This document shows positions 1 to 12,665 of a stretch of 64,000 nucleotides of DNA, in pieces. Every line of letters starts with the position of its first letter. The stretch's first letter is position 1. The translations under genes and the position numbers were made by a program. Source of the DNA: Octopus sinensis (lineage: Eukaryota); the NCBI RefSeq assembly GCF_006345805.1, contig NC_043013.1:21204001-21268000 (forward strand), given 5' to 3'. The notes under the pieces were generated by a model. It saw only the letters and a program-made list of their open reading frames with translations, was not told the DNA's origin and did not search any database.

Positions 1-505
1 AATTTGTCAGTTCCACGACATTAAGAATCTATTCGTCTACTCGGGCAGGACCGACAACATACATAAATACATACATGCATACATACATATATACATACAT
101 ACATACATATATATACATACATACATACATACAAAGTTTCACAGAAACTCAGTATCAACTTGTTCCTCTTCACTTTTAATTGATCTGACTAAATAAAAGA
201 ACATAAAAACATACATTGGGTAATGACCACAAATACAAACTGGTACACGCCCATAATACAGCAGCCCAGTAAACACCAAACACTGATGTATGTAAGCTAA
301 AAGTAAATCAAATGCAACAATCACAATCACACGCCCCCGAAATCACACACACACACACACATACACACACATACAACAAACATACACACACAAAACGCAC
401 ATTCACAAACACACCCAAGTATACGCACAAAAAGTCATACTAACTCACGCACAAACACCTACAATGAAACCTAGTCCTCATACCAATATGTATATAATAC
501 TACAG

Positions 506-552
<47 letters not shown>

Positions 553-630
553 AACATTCAATGCATATATAGTACTACATTCACATGTACAAATAAATAT
601 ACATGCTAATATATATATATATATAATATT

Positions 631-849
631 AATTTCGAACTTTAGCACAAGGCCAGCAGTTTCGAGAGAATTAATAAGTTGGTTACATTGACCCCGGTGT
701 TGAACTGGTACTCATTACTTATTTTATCGACCCCGAAGAAATGAAAGGCAAAGTCGGCCTCGTTGGAATTTGACCTCGTAACGTAAAGACGGACGAAATG
801 ATGCTAAGCATTTTGGCCACAGTGCTAACGATTCTGCCAGCTCGCTGCC
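631..849 (-). mobile_element. tRNA-derived SINE, family B (GGCGAGCTGGCAGAATCGTTAGCAC... head)
   Basis: Reverse complement matches copies at 20888-21118, 40112-40339, 44480-44695 and 51738-51935; tRNA-like A/B boxes and the GTCGACTTTGCCTTTCATCCTTTCGGGGTCGAT core. Confidence 0.85.
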
Positions 850-1067
850 TGTAATACATATATGACATTGCATGAGTATCTATTACAGGTATAGTCAAAT
901 CAATGCGTCAACAAAATATTCAGCTGTACAAATGATGGACCCTCCCTCAGTTTTGATGATCATACAAATGTTCAATCAGCTAATCTACCATCTGGTTTGC
1001 GGAATATTCAACTCGACTGGTTCTACAGATACCTGAATCCTGAATAGAATTCTCAAATAGAAACATT

Positions 1068-1375
1068 ATGGTAGTGGATGTGACGAGTTTGGACTTTGAA
1101 TTACAAGGTACTCGGAGGATGGGAAATAACGAAATCCAGGGGCTTGGCCGGCTGCTATCAGTTCCTGCCGGTTACCCTCGAGACGTCAGGTGTTTTAGGA
1201 CCCCATACTTACCGATTTTCTCCGCGAAATAAGGATAACGGAGTCCCGTCAGAGAAATGAACCCCACGATATGGAATCGCTACTGCAACGAGTATCGCTG
1301 GCCATTCTCCGCGGCAACGCCATCGCGATTATCACCGCGGGGCGAGGCTGTCCAGACCGTTTCTTCTGGGGTATG
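1068..1375 (+). mobile_element. CRE/NeSL-like non-LTR retrotransposon, restriction-like endonuclease C-terminal relic
   Basis: Frameshifted translation gives VVDVTS...YQFLPVTLETSGVLGP...LLQRVSLAILRGNAIAI, which resembles the RLE tail of CRE-type elements. Confidence 0.65.
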
Positions 1376-2385
1376 TAGACCATCGCTCGCTTCCACTCCA
1401 TTTTCTGTTGCTTTACGCTCTCCACCCTTTTCTTTTCTTTTTTTCCTTTCTAATCTCTCTTTTTTACTTGTTTCTTTGTGTTTAAATGTTATAAATAATA
1501 TATTATTGTATTTTGAGCGAGGGTACGATGTAAAAGCAATGATAGATAGATACGTGACATTTCGGATTGTAAAGAAAGTAACTTGTTAAAATTTAGCAGA
1601 GAAAAGTATTTATTTGTAAATTTTCTCAAGAGAAATTTAAAAAAGAAAAACCAGGTTCCTCATTTTCTTTCTATTTTGTAATAAACTTTTGTCTCTTAAA
1701 AGATTTGTACACAATTTCCACCTTCCCAGTTTCATTTAAAAGGCTTCTTACAACAGTGGAATCGATACTGGAACTTCAGGTATTGAAACGAAATTGTTTG
1801 CCACTGGCCTACACATATGTTGTATGTAGCCTACAACTTCAAACAAATCACTTATGTGTGCTTAAACAAGCGAAGCAACAAACAAGCAAGGAAAAGTAAC
1901 GCCAAGATTCGAAATTAGCAAATATTTCATGTATTTCATGATCATGAAAAATAAGAGGAGAAAGAAAAGAAGAGGGAAAAGAAAGAGATCAAATTCTTCA
2001 GACAAGTAAAGAGAAACTGTCAAAAATAGTTGTCTATCATTTGAATAATATGACAAGGTCACGCAAACAGGTAGAAATTCTTTTCTCGGTCAGAAACATA
2101 ATGGTATGTTGTAAGAAAATAATAAAACTAGAGATCATGAGATTTCATCTTACGAAACATAATAATACAAAAACAACTGTTGTTCTGAAACTGATGTAAA
2201 TAATTGCTCAGAAATACAAAACAAAACCTTCATTAAAAGTTGTTTCACTGCGTTAAAAACACCGAAAACTTGTTGATGTGACTTCTTCCTCCATTTCTGC
2301 TGTTATCTAGCGATAAACATGTAACTTATTCGTTACGTATGCTGCCGAGCAACACCATCGATGTTTAATGTAGATTGAGGCATAC

Positions 2386-2445
2386 TTACACACGCACATA
2401 CGTATATATATACACACACAGACATGTGTGCATACATGCATATAT

Positions 2446-2482
<37 letters not shown>

Positions 2483-2703
2483 GAGAGAAACGTGTGTGTG
2501 GACATATGCATATACATACACAGATATATATATATATCTGTATATATATACATATATATGCACACATATATACACATACATATATGTATATATATATATG
2601 TGTGTGTGTGTATACATACGAGTGTGTGTGTGTATACATACGAGTGTGTGTGTGTATGTATATATATATATACATACGAGTGTATGTGTGTGTGTGTGTG
2701 TGT
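2386..2703. repeat. Compound microsatellite (GA)n/(TA)n/(TG)n
   Basis: Directly visible; it explains the overlapping low-complexity ORFs. Confidence 0.95.
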
Positions 2704-3199
2704 GGATATCTTAGCTATGGAATTAAGGACACTAATATCGTGTGATATGATTCATTAGCATATACCACATGTAGGTGTTGTTTCGTATCCCAGAGCAAGC
2801 TATTTAAAAATTCTCACCACGGAATCAACGTTGCTTGCATAATCTAACAAGTCCATAGCGTGACAGTATTAAATATATTCAGCGTTTGTGACTGAACAGA
2901 CTTAGATGTACATTTGTTTGTTAGATAGCTTTTCATGTGTGCAAGAAACACCGTTGAAACATTAAAAATATCTATTCTCAGTGCCATATTATCGTGCAGT
3001 GTTCGTGAGGTTAGACAATGGCAAAGCTTAAATTGTAAGTTTCTTTATTTTGTATTTATTTATTCCTTTATTTCCTTTTTTTATTTGAAGACTTTCGGTC
3101 GTGCCCTTGATTTTCGTGAGACCTCCTACACAGATGACAGTTTGATATCGTTATCATACTTCTCGGACATCTGCAAATCGACAGCTGCAAGGATAAATT

Positions 3200-5870
3200 C
3201 TTAGGTGTAACGCTGCGTGAAGGAAAGAAATCAGGGTAGTAGTTTGAGAGTGTCGATTCTCGATAAAGCGACAATATGTGTTTGTGTTTAGGAGCGGTAA
3301 AACAAGTGAATGAAAAATATGAGAGAAACGGGAGTACAACGCATGCCACTTCCATGACCATAAGGCCAACGGTGTAGCGGTAAAAATGCCGGGAAAGGAG
3401 ACAGCAGGTCTGTGAGTCAGAAACTGAAGTGTGTTTCGGAGAAATTTAATGAGAATCAACTAAGTGGCCTACAATTGGATGTTGTCTACGACATCTGAGT
3501 TGTAGTACCACTATTTCTGATGTTGCAACAACAACACTATTTCAGATATTGTAGGAGTAACCCATGATAGATCACGTTGAGTTTTGTAAAGAATAGTTGT
3601 TGTTCGAAATATTGTTTTATTCTGAAAATGAAGGCCTGTCTTTCTGATGCAGTATTTCCAGTGTTTTGGGTTTTTCTTCTCTCGGATAAACCCGCAGTTT
3701 GTTGATGATTCTCCGAAATGCGGGGACCGAGTTCTTTGCTGTTCAAGGAGACAAAATTAGCATTGTCCATCAGAGAATGTTTCTGGAGTTTCTGGACAAC
3801 GAATTTGGCGTGAGGTGTCTAGGTTGCATGTGGATGAATGTTGGTTGCAACCACTGAGCGTTTTTAGAGGTGACAGCAAGTTGATCATCGATGTACAAAA
3901 GAAGAGTGCGAGAAAACTGAAGAAAAAACCCAACAGAATTGATAAAATATGGGTTAGAGATAGTTTCATCTTTACACAGCACTACAGGAAACCATCGATC
4001 AAAATCAATAAATTATCCTTCTCAGGATCAAAATAAATTCAGAGACAGATCGAGATCAGAGGTAAGAGTTTTGCTCTGAAGACAGCCAAACAAGTATAGT
4101 GGTGTCGAGTGCAACAATAGTGCTTCACCAAATGCTTTCAACGCAAGAAACTACACTGTCATAATAGATATGGTCCCCGGGGATTTGGATTTAAGAAAAG
4201 TATACTGATGATCATTAATGACGGAGAAATGCCGAAAGTTTTGAAATAGTTCGTTGACGATGGTTGTGCCTATCACATTCGAAATATTGGAATTGATTTA
4301 AATAGATTGGTAGTTGGTATGGTTAATGGTTTTACTCTGCTTGGAAATGGGACATATTGCGGCAATTTTACCAATATGTCACTGTAGAATTAATGACACC
4401 GAAGAGTTTTCTGTGGATAGTGGCTAGAGCCGATACTCATCGATTCAGAGCACTGGGGGAGGATAAGCTCAGACCAAGCTGCTTTGAAGAGACGGGAGAT
4501 ATTTTGCCAATTGAAGTATTGTGCGCCTGATGGTGAGTATTGTGCAATGGAAAGGGATAGTTTTACTTTGAATGTGTAGAGTAGGGGTTGCTGCTTGCAG
4601 AAGCGTCATTAGTGTATGTGGTGAAAATGAGGATTCAGAGAATGTGGTAGCGTTTCTTTAGGGCAGGGACTAACAGAATCAGATACACTTTGAAAGGTGA
4701 TAGTGGTTGTGCCCTCTAATGAGTTGTATCATTCGTGGTTCGACTGACATCCTTGCAATACAAGGTAAGAGACTCGTATAGTTTTTAGGCGTGATTTATT
4801 TTCTCCAAGTATTGTAGACCGTGGCCTTTGAAGTGTCGCATTCATAACTATAAGCGACATGCTTGGAGAATTTAGGAAAGTGAGTATTGGCTGTGGGGTG
4901 GGATTTAAAGAGACTTGCATAAGGAGATAGTTTCAGTCACCCGTTTAGAAGTCAGCGGTAAAAGACGAACTTCCAGAAATTTCTAGCATAGAACATGTGG
5001 GGCTCCAACAAGTCAACTGATTTGAAGTGCCATTGGCAGCGGAAAGTAGGCATTACACAATATTTGGATGTAACTGACGTGGCGTTGTGATAAGGCAGTG
5101 GTCGTACAACCCAGTAGATGCAGAGATGACGAGGGCTGATATAATTTGGTTGGGGGTTGAGAAAAAGTTCAAATTTGTTGGGTGTGTCTGAATATCGGTC
5201 AGAGATGTGTGTGTGGAGTGAAAGTTCTAGATGAAGAGAATTAGGGATTCCGAAAGACTCAGTTTCTGCATTAGCAACATCAATCTAGAATAAATGTAAG
5301 AATGAGATTTGAAATGAACGAAAATTATGATTTCAGAGATAAATATAGAGAGATAGCTTCCATTCATACAAAAATTGATGCGGTGAAAGAGATGGCGGCC
5401 GTGGTATTTAAAGGGGACAGAGAATGGTTGAAGAATGTTGTGTATTTGGAGGAATGGAGGTGGGAAATTTGATTTAGAAAATCCAAGTGAGTGGAATATA
5501 CTTAGGCATTAGCAGCAGGCACCAATTTCGGATTGAACATCAGACATGGACAATGGAATGGGTTGAGAGATTTGTCTCAGGAAGATATGTGTTACGTGAT
5601 ATGCGAGTTATGAGGAATGGATAAATGGAATCAAGATTGTCATCGAAAACCCAGATATCAGAGAAAGTAGAATTATCTAATGGGTCTAGTTTTAGCTTTT
5701 GATAACTAGGAAGGTGTGCTGCATGTCAGTGTACCAAGACATCCCGAAAAATCCCTGTCAGGCATGTGGTTTCAATATTTCCATCAGTACTATCTCCAGT
5801 AAAGTCACCCATAGGCCAAAAGGTGATTTGAAATCTACTACAATTATGCTGGGTTCATAAGCAAAACGCT
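3200..5870 (-). mobile_element. Highly decayed APE-RT LINE (CR1/Jockey/I-like) ORF2 relic
   Basis: Minus-strand remnants INDHQY..F and FGE..IVALD near 4100-4220; 3' end resembles the LINE ORF2 tail (PDFFPS); many stops and frameshifts. Confidence 0.6.
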
Positions 5871-7717
5871 TATCTCTTGATAGCTTTATCCACCAAGATT
5901 TAATCAGGTGTGATTTACCATCATAAAGCAGATATATAATCTTCCTACATCTACGAATTAATGCGTATTTCGTAAATTTACACTAATGATGCAAAGTTCA
6001 AATCCTACAATATTCGTATATTTTTAGTCAGTCGGCGGCAAGCAACTGTTCCAGCGTATTTTATTAAAAAGTCACGGTACCAAGATCCCAGGAATTCGAC
6101 CTCCGCGCCCTAACATCAAGGAGCAACAAGACTAGCATCAATAACAACAAAATATGCAATAGTAACACCACTAACAATAATAGTATGACTATAGAAGTGT
6201 TGCCGACTTATTTGTATTTGAAAATGGTTATATAGGATCACTTTAAACAAAATGATTGCCTTTGTAAAAAAACAAATTGAAATTGATGTCAAACTACTAT
6301 CACTATACAAACTGTGACAAAACTTGTTCGTTTAATTTTTGAAGTTTATATTTCTTCCCCAACAAAATCTACATTTCTGTATATTATTCAGTAACTCGAT
6401 CACGACTCCTTCAGGGCAAAAAAGCAACATGTCTTTTAAAAAATTATATTCGTGTTTTAAAGGTAAATTGAAAAAAATAATATTGATAGGAAAATGAATA
6501 ATAATTAGTCGATGATTAATGGTATTTTCTCCACAACATTTATATTTCTGGATTAGATTTCTTAATGCTCTGCAATATTAAATATGCTCACATTTTATCT
6601 TCAAAGAATGTTACCTACTTATTAATTAAGCAGTACTTTTACGTAGCTATTACCTGCAGTTTTTGTATGAGATGAGAGAATTGAGGAATTTAGATAATGA
6701 ATAACAGGAACTACATTCCTTCATAATTCCAGACCTGTTTTGTTGGAAATGTAAGTTTTATCGCGAATATTCCTTCTCCGGTATTATTACAAGTTTTAAA
6801 CATAACTTCGGTGGAAAGAATAATTTTGATTTAATGGGTGATAACGTTTAAATTGATTAAACAGTTGTGGTGAACAAAGTTCTGGATATAAATCTGAAAC
6901 TAAATTTTAAAAATTGCTTGCAGTATACATTGCCAGCTGCTATTGCTGGTGTTGTACCGGAAGATGTTTTGTAGATTAGAAACTCTAAACATAATGGGGG
7001 TTCTAATTAGAAAACGGCGTAAAATAGAATTGGCAAAGTGAACAACGAGACGTAGTTTCACTCTTGATTCAAAGTGTATATATATATTAGAATATATCCT
7101 GATCTCTCTCTTTTTCTCTCTCTCCCTCTCTTTCTTCCCACTCTCTCTCTCTCTCTCTCTCTCACTCTATCTCTGTACCATTGTTCATGGTCAAGACAAA
7201 ATTAATATGTATCTAATTGAATATTGATGATGTAACACTGAAGACTATATTTGCATTCGTTTATATCACATTATTAGATGACTCAACGCGAAACACTGAT
7301 TGATATTTCGGCTGCAGATTCTGCAGCAATAACATCACTACCTCGGATCAGATTGAACTCTGGGATGGAGCTAATCTTAGGGCATCCCAAGCCTGACCAC
7401 AACATTTACTCTTTTTTAGGTAGAGTATATCGCGGTTTACATTGTGCTCTTTCTTTAGGGTATAGTTCAAGAGAGATTTTCGCTGCATCTTCTAGCATGG
7501 CGAGTGGCCACGTAGTGGATTCATCTCTAACTGTAAATTCAGGGTGTTTTATTTTTATATATTGCGTGATTCTAAACATGCAACAAGTGGGAGATGTCAA
7601 TATGTCAGACTACATGGTTCTTTATTATCATATTTAACGAAATTCCTGTGTTCGTCCAGAAATATAATACATATATTTGTATCAATGCTTCTATACAATT
7701 ATATGGGGACTATTTAT

Positions 7718-8145
7718 ACTCTTTACTCTTTTACTCTTTTACTTGTTTCAGTCATTTGACTGCGGCCATGCTGGAGCACCGCCTTTAGTCGAGCAACTCG
7801 ACCCCGGGACTTATTCTTTGTAAGCCCAGTACTTATTCTATCGGTCTCTTTTGCCGAACCGCTATGTAACGGGGACATAAACACACCAGTATCGGTTGTC
7901 AAGCAATGCTAGGGGGACAAACACAGACACACAAACACACACGCACACACACACATATATATATATATACATACATATATACGACGGGCTTCTTTCAGTT
8001 TCCATCTACCAAATCCACTCACAAGGCTTTGGTCGGCCCGAGGCTATAGTAGAAGACACTTGCCCAAGGTGCCACGCAGTGGGACTGAATCCAGAACTAT
8101 GTGGTTGGTAAGCAAGCTACTTACCACACAGCCACTCCTGCGCCT
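7718..8145 (-). mobile_element. tRNA-derived SINE, family A (GGCGCAGGAGTGGCTGTGTGGTAAG head, internal CA/TA tract, (GAGTAAAA)n tail), full length
   Basis: Near-identical to 61046-61445; A box TGGCTGTGTGG and B box GGTTCAGTCCC-like. Confidence 0.9.
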
Positions 8146-8377
8146 ATGTGTATTATTATACATGTGTATAAATATTATATGTATTTTGTGTATTCCTACT
8201 TATATCCATTACGCACTGAAAATATGAACTACGAAGAGTATTATACTAAGGGAAGGTACTATAATTACTAGAAACATATTTCTAAAGCAAGTTCTAGAAA
8301 CATCAGTAAATACGTGTGCATCTTTGTGTGATTATAATGGTTGACTCAACCAACGATTCTTAAAGTTTCCTAGACAT

Positions 8378-8755
8378 GGGCAATGGCCCAGTGGTTAGGG
8401 CAGCGGACTCGCGGTCATAGGATCGCGGTTTCGATTCCCAGACCGGGCGTTGTGAGTGTTTATTGAGCGAAAACACCTAAAGCTCCACGAGGCTCCGGTA
8501 GGGATGGTGGTGATCCCTGCTGTACTCTTTCACCACAACTTTCTCTCACTCTTTCTTCCTGTTTCTGTTGTACCTGTATTTCAAAGGGCCGGCCTTGTCA
8601 CTCTCTGTGTCACGCTGAATATCCCCGAGAACTACGTAAAGGGTACACGTGTCTGTGGAGTGCTCAGCCACTTACACGTTAATTTCACGAGCAGGCTGTT
8701 CCGTTGATTCGGATCAACCGGAACCCTCGTCGTCGTAACCGACGGAGTGCTTCCA
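8378..8755 (+). mobile_element. tRNA-derived SINE, family C
   Basis: Head TGGCCCAGTGGTTAGGGCAGCGGACTCGCGG...GGTTTCGATTCCC; 3' part homologous to 49440-49745 on the opposite strand. Confidence 0.85.
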
Positions 8756-8761
8756 GTAGTG

Positions 8762-9285
8762 ATCACCACCATAACTACTTAGCAAGTTATCTTCTCAAGA
8801 ACGCTGTTACAGATCAGCTAACATCGTTACCGACCTCCATCAGGTTACACACCTTTCTGACAGAAATTTTCAACTCCCAACATCCTCCACGACTCCTTCC
8901 CCATGAACTTCACTTAAAACTCGATTGCCCTGTCATCCTTCTACGCAATCGAAACGCACTCACACTAAGCATTTGAACTCGCGTTGTGATAAAAAAAAAA
9001 TGATGGACCACGTCGTTGAAGCGCAAATTATCACGGGACGCGTCAAAAACGATAATTTCGCTAGCCCCGACAGACTGCCCCTACCGTATGCAGAGACTTC
9101 AGCTCCCTCTCAAATTCAGCTTCGCCATCACAATTAACAAAGCACAAGATCAACCGCTGAAATTTGTCGGATTGGAACTTCGAACGTCATGCTTTTCACG
9201 TCTGTTGTTCCAGAGTTGGCCATCAAGACAACTTATCTTGAAAGAAAAACCAAAACTGTCATCTACAAAGCAGCAACTACAGTAG
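8762..9285 (+). pseudogene. Helitron Pif1-family helicase C-terminal fragment (frameshifted)
   Basis: EIFNSQHPPRLLPHELHLKLDCPVILLRN and RLQLPLKFSFAITINKAQDQPLKFVGL match Pif1/Helitron helicase motifs. Confidence 0.85.
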
Positions 9286-9936
9286 TTACTTCTCTACTGC
9301 AATTTTCACCCAAATCCACCCCAAACTATAGCCGTTAACACTCAGACTTCGTACAAGCATTTCATTAATATTTTAATTCATTTCCGTGATTGCTATTAAC
9401 AGTACATTACCTTCAATGACCCTTCCTTACTTCACGCTCATATGCGTGCTCTGACATTTATTTCTGTACATGTCATTATTCTATTTGTGTGTCTGCTATA
9501 AATGTTTGCTTTTCTTTATCATACATGAATTACATTGAAAAAAAGGTTCAATGTTGTTGTGTCAGGCACTACGAGAAAAATAAGTACATGATGCAAAACG
9601 CTTCAGGTACGATACAGAATCGCAAATGCCTACTGCAATTGCCATCTCATTTCATGGACTTCCATTTATTACTAACTGCCAAATTTGTGTTAAAAAACTT
9701 TATTCATTACTTAATGCCATATAATAAACTGCTAACTAAATTGGTAATTACACATTTTACGATTATTAACTTGAAACGACTTCTAACTGGTGGCTAATTC
9801 AACTTAAACCGTCCAAAGGGATACGCCATTATAATAAATTACCTTGTCAAAAGGACGGATGCGTTTGCTAGTATACATATGTATTATGTATATATATATA
9901 CATACATATGTGTGTGTGTACGTGTACATATGTCTG

Positions 9937-10040
<104 letters not shown>

Positions 10041-10250
10041 CATAAATGTAACCGTACATGGATTCTTGGTCACTTTTCGTCCTTCTTCCTTCTGTCCCTT
10101 TTTGGACATCCCTGTTATTACTGTTTCCGACGATGACCTATGCTCGAAACATAAAGCAACAACGCTCTTCCTTCTCCGAGCGTCCTATATTAATAGATTG
10201 CTTGTGCTACGTCCTAACCTTTGTTTGGTTTTTTTTTCTGTTTTTTAATT
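10041..10250 (+). mobile_element. Short Penelope pLTR-like element inside (TA)n, with a degenerate hammerhead motif
   Basis: TGTTT-CCGACGA-TGACCTATGCTC-GAAA-CATA-AAGCA at 10122-10158; flanked by (TA)n on both sides. Confidence 0.5.
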
Positions 10251-10287
10251 TACTATATATATATATATATATATAGGGGGGGGGGGG

Positions 10288-10460
10288 TAACGAAAAAAAC
10301 AAAAGGCGAAGGCATGTAGTGTACAAAACAAACAGATGTGTTAGTATAACGCTCAGGAATTGAAAAAGTCTTTTACGTTTCGAGCCTACGCTCTTCTACA
10401 AAAAGGGACACAGAAAAAAAACAAGGAGAGAAACAAGGAGAGAAAAAATGTGTGTAGTGG
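10288..10460 (-). mobile_element. Short Penelope pLTR-like element inside (TA)n, with a degenerate hammerhead motif
   Basis: Minus strand reads TTGTAGAA-GAGC-GTAG-GCTC-GAAACGTA-AAAGAC (10368-10407), followed by GAGCGT as in the 10041 element. Confidence 0.5.
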
Positions 10461-10478
10461 CTAACGATCTATCATGGC

Positions 10479-10521
<43 letters not shown>

Positions 10522-12419
10522 CATAAACAAACTTCTCTATATGTGTGTGTCTATGCGTATTTACGTGTGTGTATGTGTGTTTGTGGAAACGTGTGTTGCT
10601 AACAGTAACGTCATACGTACATCTTAATATGAACATTTATCTTTCACTTTCCCCTTCAATCGTTCTCTCTCTCTCTTTCTTTTTCTTTCTCTCCTTTCTT
10701 CTCTCCTGTTGAATATTGTATTTATATATGCTCACACGTCTGTTGACTCAAAGGAAGAACGGTGCACACACGTTTTGTATATATCGACATTGCGTATATA
10801 TTCTTGTGCATGTATATTGTTGTATCTGTGAACGTATGTATACATATATGTACAGAGAAACGGAAGGAAGGATAGAAGCATTTGTGCGTAAGTGCACATG
10901 CATGCTTGTCTGTGTTTGTGTAATATATCATGCTGGCAACGCAAGAATGGTTGATGTTATCACCAATTTGCCTGTCGTCTGCATGTCATATTCTGTTTGC
11001 GCATTGATACATGATGTATCGACCGTACCCTTTCTCCTCTTATACCCTGCACTGCCAATCACATTTTACTGAAACTCTTCTCTTAAGATACTCACCATCT
11101 CTTCCATCATTCTGATTGACAATCAGGAAGGTCGTATGTCTCGCTTCGTTGTCAATGTTTTGGCTTTGTAATGAACTATAACAATCTTTAGTTAGTTGTT
11201 TAAAGTTAGACATTTCTTTTTCACAGTTCCCCCCTAATATAATTAAGAAACATCAGTCTGTCGAAGAGACTGATTAGTTCAAAATACGACAACAAATTTA
11301 GACGGCGATAACTTTATCAATATTTTTTTATCTCCAATAAGAAAACCATTCGTTTTTCTTTCATAATGAATATAGTACAGCTGGCGCCCTCTGTGACCGT
11401 AACAGGTCATATCTGAATTTCTTTCCCCAACATGTATTCCTCTTTTTCATGGAAGGTTATGATACATAAATTATTAATTTTATCTATATTTCTTTGTCAG
11501 TGAAAGCTGAAAAAATCGAAAACTGTAAGCTTTCAATATTGTATCAGTTTTTCTCTGTTATTACTCTTGTAGGTTCCCATAGAATATTTGTTTAGCTTTC
11601 ATTATAACCATTGAATAATAACTTATACGAGACATAGAAAACCATTTATGTAGTTGATCGATTTGCTTGAAGCTACATCCATCGAATTGAATCCTGGCGG
11701 CTTAAACAAGGAATGGGTGCAGGTGTGGCTGGGAATTTAAGAATTTCTCTTCGCAATAGCGCTGTTCTGGAATCTTGAGCAAGTATCTACTATAGTCTCG
11801 GGTTGACCACAATATAGATATAAGTTTTTGACTGTGTCCATATATGCTTATGTACAGTCCATGTCTTTGACTAAATACTGAACACAACATCAGTGTTGTG
11901 TCAAAAATAACTCTCTGTTGATATAAACATTGGTTTAATATTGTTGAAATAGATACTCAAGCTTAGCCGCAGTTTGATGAGTGAAACCACTAAAAACCGT
12001 TTAAAAATATATATTTGAATACTACAACATCTATGCTTGTATTTTTATGCCTAATTTAAACTGGTAGGGTACGATTCGAGGGAGATTTTACTTCTATTTC
12101 TAGTATCTCGAGTGACCACATAAAGACTCCCTTGTAGAGGATTAACGATTCCCCCATTACCATTAACCACGAAGATTGAGTGAATTGGTCATTATTAGGA
12201 CTGGAAGGAATTTTTGTGTGGTACTGGATATATGGTGTTGAAGTAATAATGAGTTTTAATTTTTAAAACTGGTATTTGAGTGTCTAGTGGGGGGTGTATT
12301 TAGTCTGATGGACGGATACCAGGATATTGTTAGCGCATGACAGTAAAGGCCAGCGGCCGGGGGAATTGAAGTTGGAGTTCAGAACCTTAAGACCTAAAAC
12401 TAAATCCTCTCAGGGGTTC

Positions 12420-12665
12420 AAGGCCAGAAATTTGAGGGGAGGGGGCTAGTCGATTAGATCGACCTCAGTGCGTGACTGGTACTTATATGGTTGAATCGTT
12501 GCAACACCGGGCAAAGTGCTTAGCGGCATTTTGTCCGTTGTTATGTTCTGAGTTCAAATTCCGCCGAAGTCGACTTTGCTATTCATCCTTCGGAAGTCGA
12601 TAAAATAATACCAGTTGAACACTGAGGTCGAAATTGTTGGCCTTGTGCTAAAATTTGAAACCAAT
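12420..12665. mobile_element. Two family B SINE fragments in opposite orientations
   Basis: 12420-12485 is a minus-strand tail; 12490-12665 is a plus-strand head and core. Confidence 0.7.

Noticed and set aside
2307-2758. Stacks of ORFs rich in YI/HT/CV (also near 9.8-10.2, 18.3-19.1, 26.5-27.3, 37.6-38.2, 43.2-43.9, 48.1-48.5, 50.9-51.3 and 53.2 kb)
   Set aside because: Translations of dinucleotide or tetranucleotide microsatellites, not genes
4203-4240. CTGATGA...GAAA hammerhead-like motif
   Set aside because: Stem II is not closed next to GAAA, stems I and III are absent, and it lies antisense in LINE coding sequence; similar chance matches at 23027 and 35145 were also rejected
7278-7637. 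Overlapping ORFs in moderately complex sequence
   Set aside because: No motif that I can recognise on either strand; possibly an old transposon relic, but unsupported
8378-8450. tRNA-like sequence
   Set aside because: It is the head of a SINE that continues into a repeat body; no complete cloverleaf
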